A stretch of DNA of 40,289 nt from an uncultured Dehalococcoidia bacterium (GTDB taxonomy: Bacteria > Chloroflexota > Dehalococcoidia > Lucifugimonadales > UBA2985): positions 1 through 40,289 of the forward strand of contig CAZNWQ010000001.1 of assembly GCA_964576965.1 (NCBI GenBank), given 5' to 3'. The stretch's first letter is position 1; each line of letters starts with the position of its first letter. Below are positions 24,722-33,864 of the stretch, in pieces. The notes beneath the pieces are model-generated. The model worked only from the letters and a program-made list of their open reading frames with translations. It made no database searches and was not told where the DNA came from. Both the position numbers and the translations under genes were made by a program.

Positions 24722-26188
24722 ATGAATCCTAAAGTTTTAGTCACTGGTGCCACGGGTTATATTGGAGGTAGGCTTGTACCTAAACTTTTGGATGCCGGAT
24801 ACCCTGTAAAAGTATTGGTACGCGATCCTGATCGTATTTTAGATCGGGAATGGGCCGATAAAGTTGAGATTGTTACCGGCAACGTTTTAGACCAAGAAAC
24901 ACTCGAAATGGTTATGGATGACGTATCAGTTGCCTATTATTTGGTACATAGTATGGGATCTGGTCCGGATTTTCATAAGCGCGATATAGACGGAGCTCGA
25001 AATTTTGGCAGTCAAGCTAAGGAACAAGGTGTGGATAGAATAATATACCTTGGTGGTCTTGGTGAGTCGGACGCCAAATTGTCTAAACATCTCACTAGCA
25101 GGCATGAAACAGGGGAAGAACTTAGGGCAAGCGGGGTACCCGTTACTGAATTCAGGGCAGCCGTTGTTGTGGGTGCAGGTAGTGTGTCATTTGAGATTGT
25201 AAGATACCTAGTGGAACGTCTTCCAGCTATGATATGTCCTAGTTGGGTATACACAAAAACACAGCCTATAGGGATTAATGATTTGTTGGAATATTTAGTT
25301 TCTTCTATAACTGTTCCAGAGAGTTCTAATAAGGTAATTGAAATAGGCGGGCGAGACGTTGTGACATACGGCAATATGATGTTGGGTTATGCCAAAGCTA
25401 GAGGTTTGAAAAGATGGTTACTGCCGGTACCTATTTTAACTCCGAGGCTTTCCTCTTATTGGGTTCACTTAGTTACTCCAATTCCCGCATCTATAGGAAG
25501 ACCTTTGATAGAAGGTCTCAGGAACGAAGTTATAGTAAGAAACACGGATTCTCAAGAATTGTTTCCGAATATAAACCCCGCATCGTATTTAGAGGCGGTC
25601 AGAATTACCTTGGAAGATCTTGAATTTGGTCGTATTGAAAGCTCATGGAGTGACGCAGTAGGTAAAGGAAAAGATGAGATCATTAAATTTCGCATGGACA
25701 CAATGACAGGATTTATTTTCGAACAACGAGCATTGGAAGTTTCTGCTCCTAAGAGTTTTGTTTATAAATGTTTTTCAGGTATAGGAGCAAAAAGAGGGTG
25801 GTTTCATGCGACTTGGTTATGGAGACTTAGGGGATGGATAGATAGATTCATTGGAGGTGTTGGATTAAGGAGAGGCAGAAGACATCCAGATGATATTCGT
25901 ATAGGAGATGCACTGGATTTCTGGCGAGTCGAGGATGTTGATAAAAATCGCATGATACTTCTAAGGGCAGAAATGAAAGTACCTGGCAGGGCTTGGTTAC
26001 AGTTCAAAGTTACAGATATTGATGGTAATAAGAGTCATCTGGAACAAACGGCTATTTTTGCTCCAAAAGGTTTGTTTGGTTTGCTATATTGGTACGCTTT
26101 GTATCCTGTACATGGTTGGATTTTTGGTGGGTTAATAAAGAAGATTCGTAACAAATCGGAACTGGAATTCATTAATGCTAACAACTGA
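24722..26188 (+). CDS. NAD(P)H-binding atypical SDR fused to a DUF2867 domain
   Basis: 488 aa. N-terminal VLVTGATGYIGGRLVPKLL (NmrA/atypical SDR Rossmann fold). The C-terminal roughly 170 aa (FWRVEDVDKNRMILLRAEMKVPGRAWLQF) resemble DUF2867. Confidence 0.75.
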   Translation: MNPKVLVTGATGYIGGRLVPKLLDAGYPVKVLVRDPDRILDREWADKVEIVTGNVLDQETLEMVMDDVSVAYYLVHSMGSGPDFHKRDIDGARNFGSQAKEQGVDRIIYLGGLGESDAKLSKHLTSRHETGEELRASGVPVTEFRAAVVVGAGSVSFEIVRYLVERLPAMICPSWVYTKTQPIGINDLLEYLVSSITVPESSNKVIEIGGRDVVTYGNMMLGYAKARGLKRWLLPVPILTPRLSSYWVHLVTPIPASIGRPLIEGLRNEVIVRNTDSQELFPNINPASYLEAVRITLEDLEFGRIESSWSDAVGKGKDEIIKFRMDTMTGFIFEQRALEVSAPKSFVYKCFSGIGAKRGWFHATWLWRLRGWIDRFIGGVGLRRGRRHPDDIRIGDALDFWRVEDVDKNRMILLRAEMKVPGRAWLQFKVTDIDGNKSHLEQTAIFAPKGLFGLLYWYALYPVHGWIFGGLIKKIRNKSELEFINANN

Positions 26189-26204
26189 TACAAAGGATGC
26201 AAAA

Positions 26205-27170
26205 ATGAATGACGGATTAACTTCTAGACTGAGGCTTGGTATAAGTTCGTGTTTGTTAGGGGAGGAGGTAAGATTTAATGGGGGCCACACCAGAGACACA
26301 TTTCTCACTGGTCCGTTAGGACAATACGTGGAATGGATACCAATATGCCCAGAGGTGGAAATTGGCATGGGCGTGCCAAGAGAAAATATAAGATTGATCG
26401 GAGACATTGCCAATCCCACACTAATTGCCCCTAAGAGTAAAACTGATTATACAGAGAGTATGAATAAGTGGTCCGAGAGTTACATTAAATCCATCAAATC
26501 AATGAATTTGGACGGTTATGTATTCAAAAGTGATTCCCCAAGTTGTGGCTTATATAGGGTTAGAGTGTATGAAAATAGTTCCGTTGCGACCCGTAAGGGC
26601 AGAGGTTTGTTTGCCCGTAAGTTTACGGATGCATTCCCATTACTGCCTACCGAGGAAGAAGGGCGTTTGCATGATTCCAGGTTGAGAGAAAACTTCGTGG
26701 AGAAGATATTTGTTTACCACAGATGGAAACAAATGGTTAAAAGTATTCCAGATCAGAGAAATTTGATCTTGTTTCACGCTATCCATAAATCTATTTTAAT
26801 GTCTCACCACCAAAACAATCAGAAAGAATTGGGTAGGATAGTAGCTAATGTTGATAGATTCCCGATCAATGAAGTGATAGATCGGTACGAAAATCTTTTG
26901 ATGGTCACGTTAAATGTAATTCCCACGAACAAGAGGCATGCTAATGTTCTTCATCATTTAATGGGATTTCTAAAAACATATTTGGATTCGAACGACAAGC
27001 AAGAATTGTTAGAGTTGATAGACGAATATAGGATGGGTAAATTACCTATTGTAGTTCCGATAACTCTAATGAAACATCATATTAATCGTAATCCTGTTGC
27101 AAATTGGATTAAAGATCAAGTATATCTGAACCCGTTTCCAAATCAGCTTGGTTTGAGGGTTCAAATATAG
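26205..27170 (+). CDS. DUF523 (TudS-like [4Fe-4S] desulfidase fold) fused to DUF1722 (YbgA-like)
   Basis: Three spaced Cys in conserved contexts (GISSCLLGE, WIPICPEVE, DSPSCGLY), followed by a helical YbgA-like half. I prefer ATG 26205 (AAGGA 8 nt upstream). The track start at ATG 26175 would overlap the upstream stop by 14 nt. Confidence 0.75.
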   Translation: MNDGLTSRLRLGISSCLLGEEVRFNGGHTRDTFLTGPLGQYVEWIPICPEVEIGMGVPRENIRLIGDIANPTLIAPKSKTDYTESMNKWSESYIKSIKSMNLDGYVFKSDSPSCGLYRVRVYENSSVATRKGRGLFARKFTDAFPLLPTEEEGRLHDSRLRENFVEKIFVYHRWKQMVKSIPDQRNLILFHAIHKSILMSHHQNNQKELGRIVANVDRFPINEVIDRYENLLMVTLNVIPTNKRHANVLHHLMGFLKTYLDSNDKQELLELIDEYRMGKLPIVVPITLMKHHINRNPVANWIKDQVYLNPFPNQLGLRVQI

Positions 27171-27222
27171 TTGGTGGAATGTAACTGATTCTTACAGGAT
27201 TTCATTTAAAGGATAGAAAAAC

Positions 27223-29583
27223 ATGTCATTAAGATCGCTATCGGGCTTTTGTGCTCAAAGACCTTTCATAATAGTTGGACTATGGGTTCTACTGATGATT
27301 TTGTCTGCCTTCTTATCACGAAATTATTTGGATGACGCACTACAGGGAGGTCAGGGTGCGACAAAGGATCTTGAGTTTAAATTAGCTCAGGATCTAAGAG
27401 ATGAAAAACTGTCAGCACTGGATGAAGAATCTGAGGAAAGTTCAGATGAGGAGTCCGAAGGAATTTCGTCTGACAATCTACTTGTTGTGACATCTTCTAA
27501 ATATAGCTTTCCATCCGAAGCGTACCTCTTAGGAATAAACGGGTTCTTTGAGAAATTGCAATCTGCAATCGACGAAGCTAATCTGGATCAGTCGGTAGGT
27601 ACTGTATCAGACTATCAGCCAAACCCTTCAGAAGATTTATCCACGGTTATGATATCTGTCCCGTTTGTAGAAGGTAAATTAGTTTCTCCTTTAATGCATA
27701 TTGCTGAGGATTACTCTAATGACGATTTTCAATTTTACTTTATTGGAACTGCTTCTATAGAGCATACATTCCAGGAATTGGCGGAAAAGGATTTAGTTAC
27801 CGGAGAAACAATAGGTATATCAGTAGCGATAATAATTTTGGCGTTGGTCTTTGGTACAGTCACATCAGCATTTATACCTGTTATCTTAGCAGTGGTCGCT
27901 ATATTTGTTGCTACTGGGTTAGCAGCTATTCTGGGTCAGTTTGTAGACCTTAACGAATTTGTTCCTAATATTATGACGATGATGGGGTTGGCTGTAGGAA
28001 TAGATTATTGCCTTTTTATACTTTCGAGATACAGAGAAGAACGGCAGAATGGATTAGAACAATTAGACGCGATAGTTGTTACTGGCAGCACCGCGGGTAG
28101 AGCTGTTATGTTTAGTGGACTGACTGTAGTATTAGCCCTTACTGGTATGTTTATTATACCTGAAAAGACATTTCAGGCATTTGGTGTTGGAGCTATATTA
28201 GTGGTTTTCGTGGCTGTCTTAGCTGGTATTACTTTACTGCCAGCATTGATCGGTATGTTGGGAGATAAAATAAACAGTTTTCACGTTCCCAAGATCACCA
28301 CAGTTTCCTTGTATTTGTTGGGATTTTTATTCGTTGCATTCACCCAAGAATTGGGTCCAAAGCTACTATTGGTTTCGGGATTAGTGATGTTGTTATTGAT
28401 ACTGATATCTTTATTAAGGAAAACCGGGTTAACTCCTGCCTTTTTGTCTCCAAGTAAGGAATCGAGCAGTTTGGAAGGTGGGTTTTGGAATTCAATAACT
28501 ATTCAGGTAATGAAAAGGCCATACGGTAGTATGATTTTGGCCTCAGCTTTTTTGTTAATACTTTCGTACTCTTATTTTGACTTAGAAAAAGGAACTAGCG
28601 GAATATCTGTTCTTCCTGATAATGAGCCAGTCAAAGTAGGATTTGAATTACTGGATGAAAAATTTGGATTCGGTTCTGATGCTCCAGCAAACATTGTTAT
28701 ATCTGCGGATGTTAGTTCGCAAAAAGTTAAAGATGCAATTGCAGACCTAGAGGTTCAATTAGAGGAAAATGATGGATTTCTTTCGCCTGAGTTGGTAATA
28801 GAACCGTCTGTCAATTATGCCGAATTAACATCAAGGATTCCAGGTGATCCTCAGAATCAAGTAGCATTAGATTCAATAAGAACCTTACGACACGATTTAA
28901 TACCTTCTGCATTCTCGGATGTTCCTGTTTCAGATTACACGATCTATGTCGGGGGTTCATCTGCGGAAGTTGTTGATTCTGTTGAAATGACTGACGAATA
29001 CTTTCCTATAGTGGTGGGTTTAGTATTGAGTCTTAGTTTGATACTTTTGCTTTTTGCTTTTAGGTCTATAACGATTTCTATAGCTTCTATAATTATGAAT
29101 CTTTTGTCTGTTGGGGCATCCTACGGATTACTAGTGCTTGTTTTCCAAAAGGGATTCATGATTAATATCTTTGGATTTGAACAAGTAGATCAGTTGGAAT
29201 TTTGGTTGCCATTATTTATGTTTAGCATTTTATTTGGTTTGTCTATGGACTATCACGTTTTTATGTTGAGTAGAATAAAAGAGCATTTTGATGAATCAGG
29301 GAGTTCGGATGAATCTGTCGCCTTTGGTTTAAGGAGAACCGCCAGCATTATTACTGGAGCGGCTCTGATAATGGTAGCGGTTTTCGGTGGATTTGCTCTT
29401 GGAGAAATAGCATTTTTTCAATCTATGGGCTTCGGATTAGGTGCTGCTGTTTTGATTGACGCAACTGTAGTTAGATCAATTCTGGTACCCAGTGTTATGA
29501 AAATCTTGGGGGATAGAGCCTGGTATCTACCGGGATTCTTACATTGGTTGCCAAACATATCAATTGAAGGCAATAGAAAATAG
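27223..29583 (+). CDS. MMPL-family (RND superfamily) transporter
   Basis: 786 aa with a 12-TM, two-half architecture. Duplicated MMPL signatures GIDYCLFILSRYREE and GLSMDYHVFMLSRIKEH. An acidic low-complexity insert (DEESEESSDEESEG) sits in the first extracytoplasmic loop. Confidence 0.85.
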   Translation: MSLRSLSGFCAQRPFIIVGLWVLLMILSAFLSRNYLDDALQGGQGATKDLEFKLAQDLRDEKLSALDEESEESSDEESEGISSDNLLVVTSSKYSFPSEAYLLGINGFFEKLQSAIDEANLDQSVGTVSDYQPNPSEDLSTVMISVPFVEGKLVSPLMHIAEDYSNDDFQFYFIGTASIEHTFQELAEKDLVTGETIGISVAIIILALVFGTVTSAFIPVILAVVAIFVATGLAAILGQFVDLNEFVPNIMTMMGLAVGIDYCLFILSRYREERQNGLEQLDAIVVTGSTAGRAVMFSGLTVVLALTGMFIIPEKTFQAFGVGAILVVFVAVLAGITLLPALIGMLGDKINSFHVPKITTVSLYLLGFLFVAFTQELGPKLLLVSGLVMLLLILISLLRKTGLTPAFLSPSKESSSLEGGFWNSITIQVMKRPYGSMILASAFLLILSYSYFDLEKGTSGISVLPDNEPVKVGFELLDEKFGFGSDAPANIVISADVSSQKVKDAIADLEVQLEENDGFLSPELVIEPSVNYAELTSRIPGDPQNQVALDSIRTLRHDLIPSAFSDVPVSDYTIYVGGSSAEVVDSVEMTDEYFPIVVGLVLSLSLILLLFAFRSITISIASIIMNLLSVGASYGLLVLVFQKGFMINIFGFEQVDQLEFWLPLFMFSILFGLSMDYHVFMLSRIKEHFDESGSSDESVAFGLRRTASIITGAALIMVAVFGGFALGEIAFFQSMGFGLGAAVLIDATVVRSILVPSVMKILGDRAWYLPGFLHWLPNISIEGNRK

Positions 29584-29643
29584 AGTTCTAGTTATAGGTA
29601 TATAGTCAGACTTACAGGCATTCCGTTTCTAATTAAGGGTACG

Positions 29644-30978
29644 ATGTTACTTATGAATCTACATAGAATCGTAATTATTGTAGCGACAACACTACTCTTA
29701 GCGCTTTTCGGATGTGCCAATAAGGTTGAGCCTAAGGAATCTGAGTTGCCTTCAGTTGAAATTGCTTCGACGGAAATCGAAGCTTACTCCATGGAACCTA
29801 TTGCAATAGATGAAACTGGAATACCGTATGAAATTCTTCTTCATGGAGGTGCCCCTCATTCTACATCCAGTATACTTGTTGGGGATGTTTTGGGGGACGG
29901 CAGTACTCAGCTTTTGGTAAGTGAACCCCTTGCTAGTAAAGTTGTTTGGCTTCGTAATATGGAAGAGCACATGACTTTTACGGACGGACTCAACGAACCT
30001 GTTAGAGCTCAAGCTGTAGATATTGATGGGGACCTAGACAAGGATATTTTAATTGCAGATATAGGCATACTTTTACCATCTAACGATAAGTCTGGCAGCG
30101 TAGTAGTATTGCGTAATGACGGTAATTTTAACTTCGAACCTGTCACTGTATTAGATGGGGTGGGGAGAGTGGCATGCGCAGAAGGATCCGATCTGGATTC
30201 AGACGGCGATATGGATATATCCGTATGTGTATTCGGCAATGAAGAAGGTAAGATTATATGGCTTGAACAGAAAGACAATTTTGTTTTTGAAGAACACTTA
30301 CTCGACTCAAGACCAGGTGCAATACATGCTTTTCCATTTGATCCAGATTCTGACGGAGATGTAGATATAGCGGTAGCCCTCTCACAAGATTCCGAAGAGA
30401 TAATAATATTCCGTAATGATGGATATGGTAATTTCGAGAAGGAAGTTATATTCAAAGCTTCAGATACTTACTATGGAATGTCTGGTATTCAGTTATCTGA
30501 TTTGGATAGAGATGGTGATACAGATATCCTTATGACAAACGGTGATATACACGACTTTGATTTGCCTGAGAAGATAGATCCATATGATTATTACGGAGTT
30601 TCTTGGTTTGAAAATAATGGCCGGGGTCAATTTGATAAACACCATGAGATAACTCGTCATTGGGGAGCTTACTCGGTGCGCCCAGCAGATTTAGATCATG
30701 ATTCAGATTTGGATTTGGTTCTTGTAGGTTTGCAAATGGAAAGATACTGGCCGGAATTTGAAAGGCAGGCCATGATCTGGCTCGAAAACGACGGGGAAGA
30801 AAATTTCACTAGTCACAATGTAGATTTGGATGTGCCTATGCTAGTAACTCTAGAGGTCGTAGACATAAATAATGATGACATACCAGAAGTTTTCACAGGA
30901 ACACATGATTATATGGGTGGATCAGCAGGGGAACGGCTGGTGATGTTTAACATAAATATATCAGAGACCGGAGAATAG
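29644..30978 (+). CDS. FG-GAP / VCBS-repeat beta-propeller lipoprotein
   Basis: 444 aa. Signal peptide with lipobox LFGC. About seven integrin-alpha-like repeats carry Ca-binding DxDxDGDxD loops (DIDGDLDKD, DLDSDGDMD, DPDSDGDVD, DLDRDGDTD, DLDHDSDLD). Confidence 0.8.
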   Translation: MLLMNLHRIVIIVATTLLLALFGCANKVEPKESELPSVEIASTEIEAYSMEPIAIDETGIPYEILLHGGAPHSTSSILVGDVLGDGSTQLLVSEPLASKVVWLRNMEEHMTFTDGLNEPVRAQAVDIDGDLDKDILIADIGILLPSNDKSGSVVVLRNDGNFNFEPVTVLDGVGRVACAEGSDLDSDGDMDISVCVFGNEEGKIIWLEQKDNFVFEEHLLDSRPGAIHAFPFDPDSDGDVDIAVALSQDSEEIIIFRNDGYGNFEKEVIFKASDTYYGMSGIQLSDLDRDGDTDILMTNGDIHDFDLPEKIDPYDYYGVSWFENNGRGQFDKHHEITRHWGAYSVRPADLDHDSDLDLVLVGLQMERYWPEFERQAMIWLENDGEENFTSHNVDLDVPMLVTLEVVDINNDDIPEVFTGTHDYMGGSAGERLVMFNINISETGE

Positions 30979-31020
30979 TTGTGAAAGGGGCAAACAAGTT
31001 TTACTTATACTTCGATGTCA

Positions 31021-31221
31021 TTAGAAAAACATACTTATGAAGTACAGTATTCCTAGAGCGAAAGATATAGGTAAACCCCATTTAAGTCTAGAAGGCATCG
31101 GGTCAGACATTTCATAGTGTGAATACTCCTTATCACTATTGAACCACAAGAATGTATCAATAAAGGAATATACCAGGAAGCAAATCAAGATTAGTCCCAT
31201 TAGTTCTGTAAAACCGAGCAT
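31021..31221 (-). CDS. small two-TM membrane protein (hypothetical)
   Basis: The track ORF 31021..31284 starts at TTG. The first ATG (31221) gives about 66 aa, MLGFTELMGLILICFLVYSF...WGLPISFALGILYFISMFF. Coding status is uncertain. Confidence 0.4.
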   Translation of the reverse strand: MLGFTELMGLILICFLVYSFIDTFLWFNSDKEYSHYEMSDPMPSRLKWGLPISFALGILYFISMFF

Positions 31222-31359
31222 CACTGTCTCCAATAACGATTCGTTCTGATTAGAATGCTTTTCACATTGAAAGTTCCTGAGCAAAGAGCGGTTAACCTGT
31301 ACTATCAGCCACAGAAATTAAGGTCTGTTCAATATTCTGGGGCCGTGCAATCTAGAGGT

Positions 31360-32433
31360 TTACAGATCTTTGATCGCTGGTAACACTTCCTTACCCAATA
31401 GATCTAGAGAATTATGGAATTGTTTGTTGCCATTACCCCAGTCATCTGTTTGGACCAAAAGAGTTCCGAAACCGCCTGCCTTTTCATGTAAACTCCTGAT
31501 TTCCTGTATACAATGATCCGGGTCGCCTACTATCCAGTAATTGTCTAAGAGATATTGGGGAGTGACATCTTCGTCTCTCATAGCAGTGTCATGCTTAAAC
31601 ACTTCCATTCTATTCCCGAACAATTTTCTCCAATATTCAGTGAAGTCCCGAGCCATCGCACCATTCAATGCTTCCGCCCTAGCTTTTTCAGTAGTCTCAG
31701 CAACATATATTTGTCTTGCTAGTCTCCAGTTAGCTTTGTCGGGTTTGACTCCAGAGCGGTTCCCTCCAGTTTCAATGGACTCCCAATTGGTGGCTAATTG
31801 TGATTCATGTACTACGCTTGCGCTCAGAGGAATCCAGCCTCTTTCCCCTGCTAGTTCCAAGGTAGATGATCGTGCACTGGTACCGGCAACCGCTATTGGT
31901 GGATGTGGGTCTTGAAAAGGTCGTACGTGAAAGCCAACCGTCATCTCAGATCTATCCTTAGGCTTTCGCATTTTGAAGTAAACCCCGTCGTGGTCAAAAG
32001 GACCTTCTTTCCACAGGCGTAATATTAGATCTATAGCTTCCGTCATGCGTTCTCTCTGGACAGGAGGTTCACCTTCTATCGCTAATACTTCAGTGTCACT
32101 TGGAGATCCACCTGATCCTATCCCGAACATCAATCTTCCTTTAGCAAGATGGTCTAACATTGCTATACGATGTGCAACATGTACAGGGTTATGCATGTGG
32201 AGTAACACAACCCCTGTTCCAAATACAATCTGTTCAGTTTCCCCTAAGGCACGGGCAATAAATAATTGAGGATCGGGCATATTTTCCCATGGTAACAACA
32301 TGTGTTCACCAACCCATACCTCACTAAACCCAACTTGATCTGCGTGTTTTATCAATCCTAAATCCTCGTCGTAACTTTCTGCAAGGATTCTACCAGGTGG
32401 GTGTAATGGCATCATGAACAGGCCTAATTTCAT
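31360..32433 (-). CDS. LLM-class (luciferase-like) flavin-dependent oxidoreductase
   Basis: 357 aa. TIM-barrel LLM pattern (MKLGLFMMP..., GFSEVWVGEH, GRLMFGIGSGG). Confidence 0.8.
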   Translation of the reverse strand: MKLGLFMMPLHPPGRILAESYDEDLGLIKHADQVGFSEVWVGEHMLLPWENMPDPQLFIARALGETEQIVFGTGVVLLHMHNPVHVAHRIAMLDHLAKGRLMFGIGSGGSPSDTEVLAIEGEPPVQRERMTEAIDLILRLWKEGPFDHDGVYFKMRKPKDRSEMTVGFHVRPFQDPHPPIAVAGTSARSSTLELAGERGWIPLSASVVHESQLATNWESIETGGNRSGVKPDKANWRLARQIYVAETTEKARAEALNGAMARDFTEYWRKLFGNRMEVFKHDTAMRDEDVTPQYLLDNYWIVGDPDHCIQEIRSLHEKAGGFGTLLVQTDDWGNGNKQFHNSLDLLGKEVLPAIKDL

Positions 32434-32509
32434 CGTAAACCTCCACTAAATTCAGTGAAATGCGACATGATCAACTATAACAAATTACCTGACTAATTAC
32501 ACGACGTAT

Positions 32510-33679
32510 TTAGTTCCACATGTCGAGATATTTGTAAGCATTGCCGGTATTCATAAGAACGATTTTCTCTTCTGGTTTTACTTTGTTAGCGGCCAGAAGT
32601 GATTTGAGCGCAGCTAAGGTCGCAGCTCCTTCAGGGGCTGGGTATATTCCCTCATGAGAAGCCATCATTGAAATACACTCCACCATCTCCATATCAGTAA
32701 CCGTTACGGCGGTACCGGAGCTTTCTCGGATCGTTTCAAGTATTAAATAGTCTCCGATTGCTGAAGGCACTCTTATGCCGGCTGCAAACGTTTTGGCATC
32801 ATTCCACATCTCAGCGTTCAAAGCACCGGATTCATAGGCTTTTACTATAGGAGCACAGCCTTCGGATTGAACGGCAATCATTCTGGTTTTGGGTTTATCT
32901 ATCCAACCCAACTCTTGCATTTCTTGGAAAGCTTTCCAAATTCCGATTAATCCTGTTCCTCCTCCTGTGGGATAAATTATAACGTCTGGGGTGTCCCAGT
33001 GTAATTGTTCTGCTATCTCATACCCCATGGTTTTCTTTCCTTCAGCTCTGTATGGTTCCTGTAGTGTGGAAACGTCGAATAATCCTTTTTCTTGTGCCTG
33101 TTCTCTAGAAATCTTTCCAGCATCGGATATTAGTCCATCTATTAATGTTAATTTAGCACCGGCATCGGAACTTTCTCTTTTGTTGGCCATAGGAGCATCT
33201 TTTGGCATGAAAACATTTGCTTCTAAATTCCCTCTGGCACAATACAAAGAAAGGGCTCCGCCAGCATTACCAGCAGAAGGCATAGTCAGCTTTGTAACTC
33301 CCAGTTCTTTAGCCCGTGACACTGCTGCTGATAGTCCCCTAGCTTTAAATGAACCAGTTGGATTACACCCCTCATCTTTAATGTAAATGTCAGAGCAATT
33401 TAAAGCCTTGGCTAAATTATCCGCCTTCAAAAGAGGGGTCATGCCTTCTCCTAGGCTTACAATGTTGGATTCGTCTTTTATTGGCATCATTTCATAATAA
33501 CGCCACATGGAGCTTACTCTTCCAGTTAAACTGTTCCTGTCAAAGTTTCTCCTTGCTTTTTCCATGTCATATTTAACATAAAGAACTTTTCCACATTCTT
33601 GACATGTTCTATACGGATTAATGTAATCGTATTCTTTATGACAGTTAGTGCATTCTAGATATTCAGCGTAACTCCTCAA
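32510..33679 (-). CDS. thrC: threonine synthase (ThrC family with N-terminal zinc ribbon)
   Basis: 389 aa. N-terminal CxxC...CxxC (CTNCHKEY...CQECGK) and PLP-lysine motif NPTGSFKARG. TTG start is preceded by GGAGG with a 5-nt spacer. A related activity within the ThrC fold (for example cysteate synthase) cannot be excluded. Confidence 0.75.
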   Translation of the reverse strand: MRSYAEYLECTNCHKEYDYINPYRTCQECGKVLYVKYDMEKARRNFDRNSLTGRVSSMWRYYEMMPIKDESNIVSLGEGMTPLLKADNLAKALNCSDIYIKDEGCNPTGSFKARGLSAAVSRAKELGVTKLTMPSAGNAGGALSLYCARGNLEANVFMPKDAPMANKRESSDAGAKLTLIDGLISDAGKISREQAQEKGLFDVSTLQEPYRAEGKKTMGYEIAEQLHWDTPDVIIYPTGGGTGLIGIWKAFQEMQELGWIDKPKTRMIAVQSEGCAPIVKAYESGALNAEMWNDAKTFAAGIRVPSAIGDYLILETIRESSGTAVTVTDMEMVECISMMASHEGIYPAPEGAATLAALKSLLAANKVKPEEKIVLMNTGNAYKYLDMWN

Positions 33680-33791
33680 TATAAACCTCCAGTATTTAAA
33701 ACAATTATATCGACATCTTGATTCTATTCACTCGGACTGAGAGAAAAGATGGTTGCAAACTCGGACTGTGATTTTGATTTTAACATAGGGT

Positions 33792-33831
33792 TTGAAGATA
33801 AATTAAAAGATGGTTAGAATTACGCTGTCAA
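33792..33831. promoter_or_regulatory. overlapping divergent promoters for lysE-family gene (+) and thrC (-)
   Basis: Plus strand: TTGAAG (33792..33797), 17 nt, TAGAAT (33815..33820). Minus strand: TTGACA (33831..33826), 18 nt, TTTAAT (33807..33802). Identified by eye only. Confidence 0.35.
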
Positions 33832-33864
33832 TAATGGCAGGTTGTTAATCAACCTTAGGACAGT

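Noticed and set aside
30009-30455. 148-aa antisense ORF inside the FG-GAP gene, and similar long antisense or off-frame ORFs (for example 6543..6890, 6959..7240, 12683..13012, 20573..20956, 25012..25374, 32991..33386, 35704..35976)
   Set aside because: Each lies entirely within a much longer ORF that carries clear family motifs on the other strand or in another frame. Their translations are low-complexity Ser/Pro/Thr-rich shadows with no RBS.
33724-33786. 20-codon uORF (MLKSKSQSEFATIFSLSPSE) as a threonine-type attenuation leader peptide for thrC
   Set aside because: It contains only one Thr and one Ile codon and has no SD. The repeated DNA motif falls in different frames within it, and no obvious terminator/antiterminator pair follows. 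It is kept only as a note within the intergenic-repeat finding.
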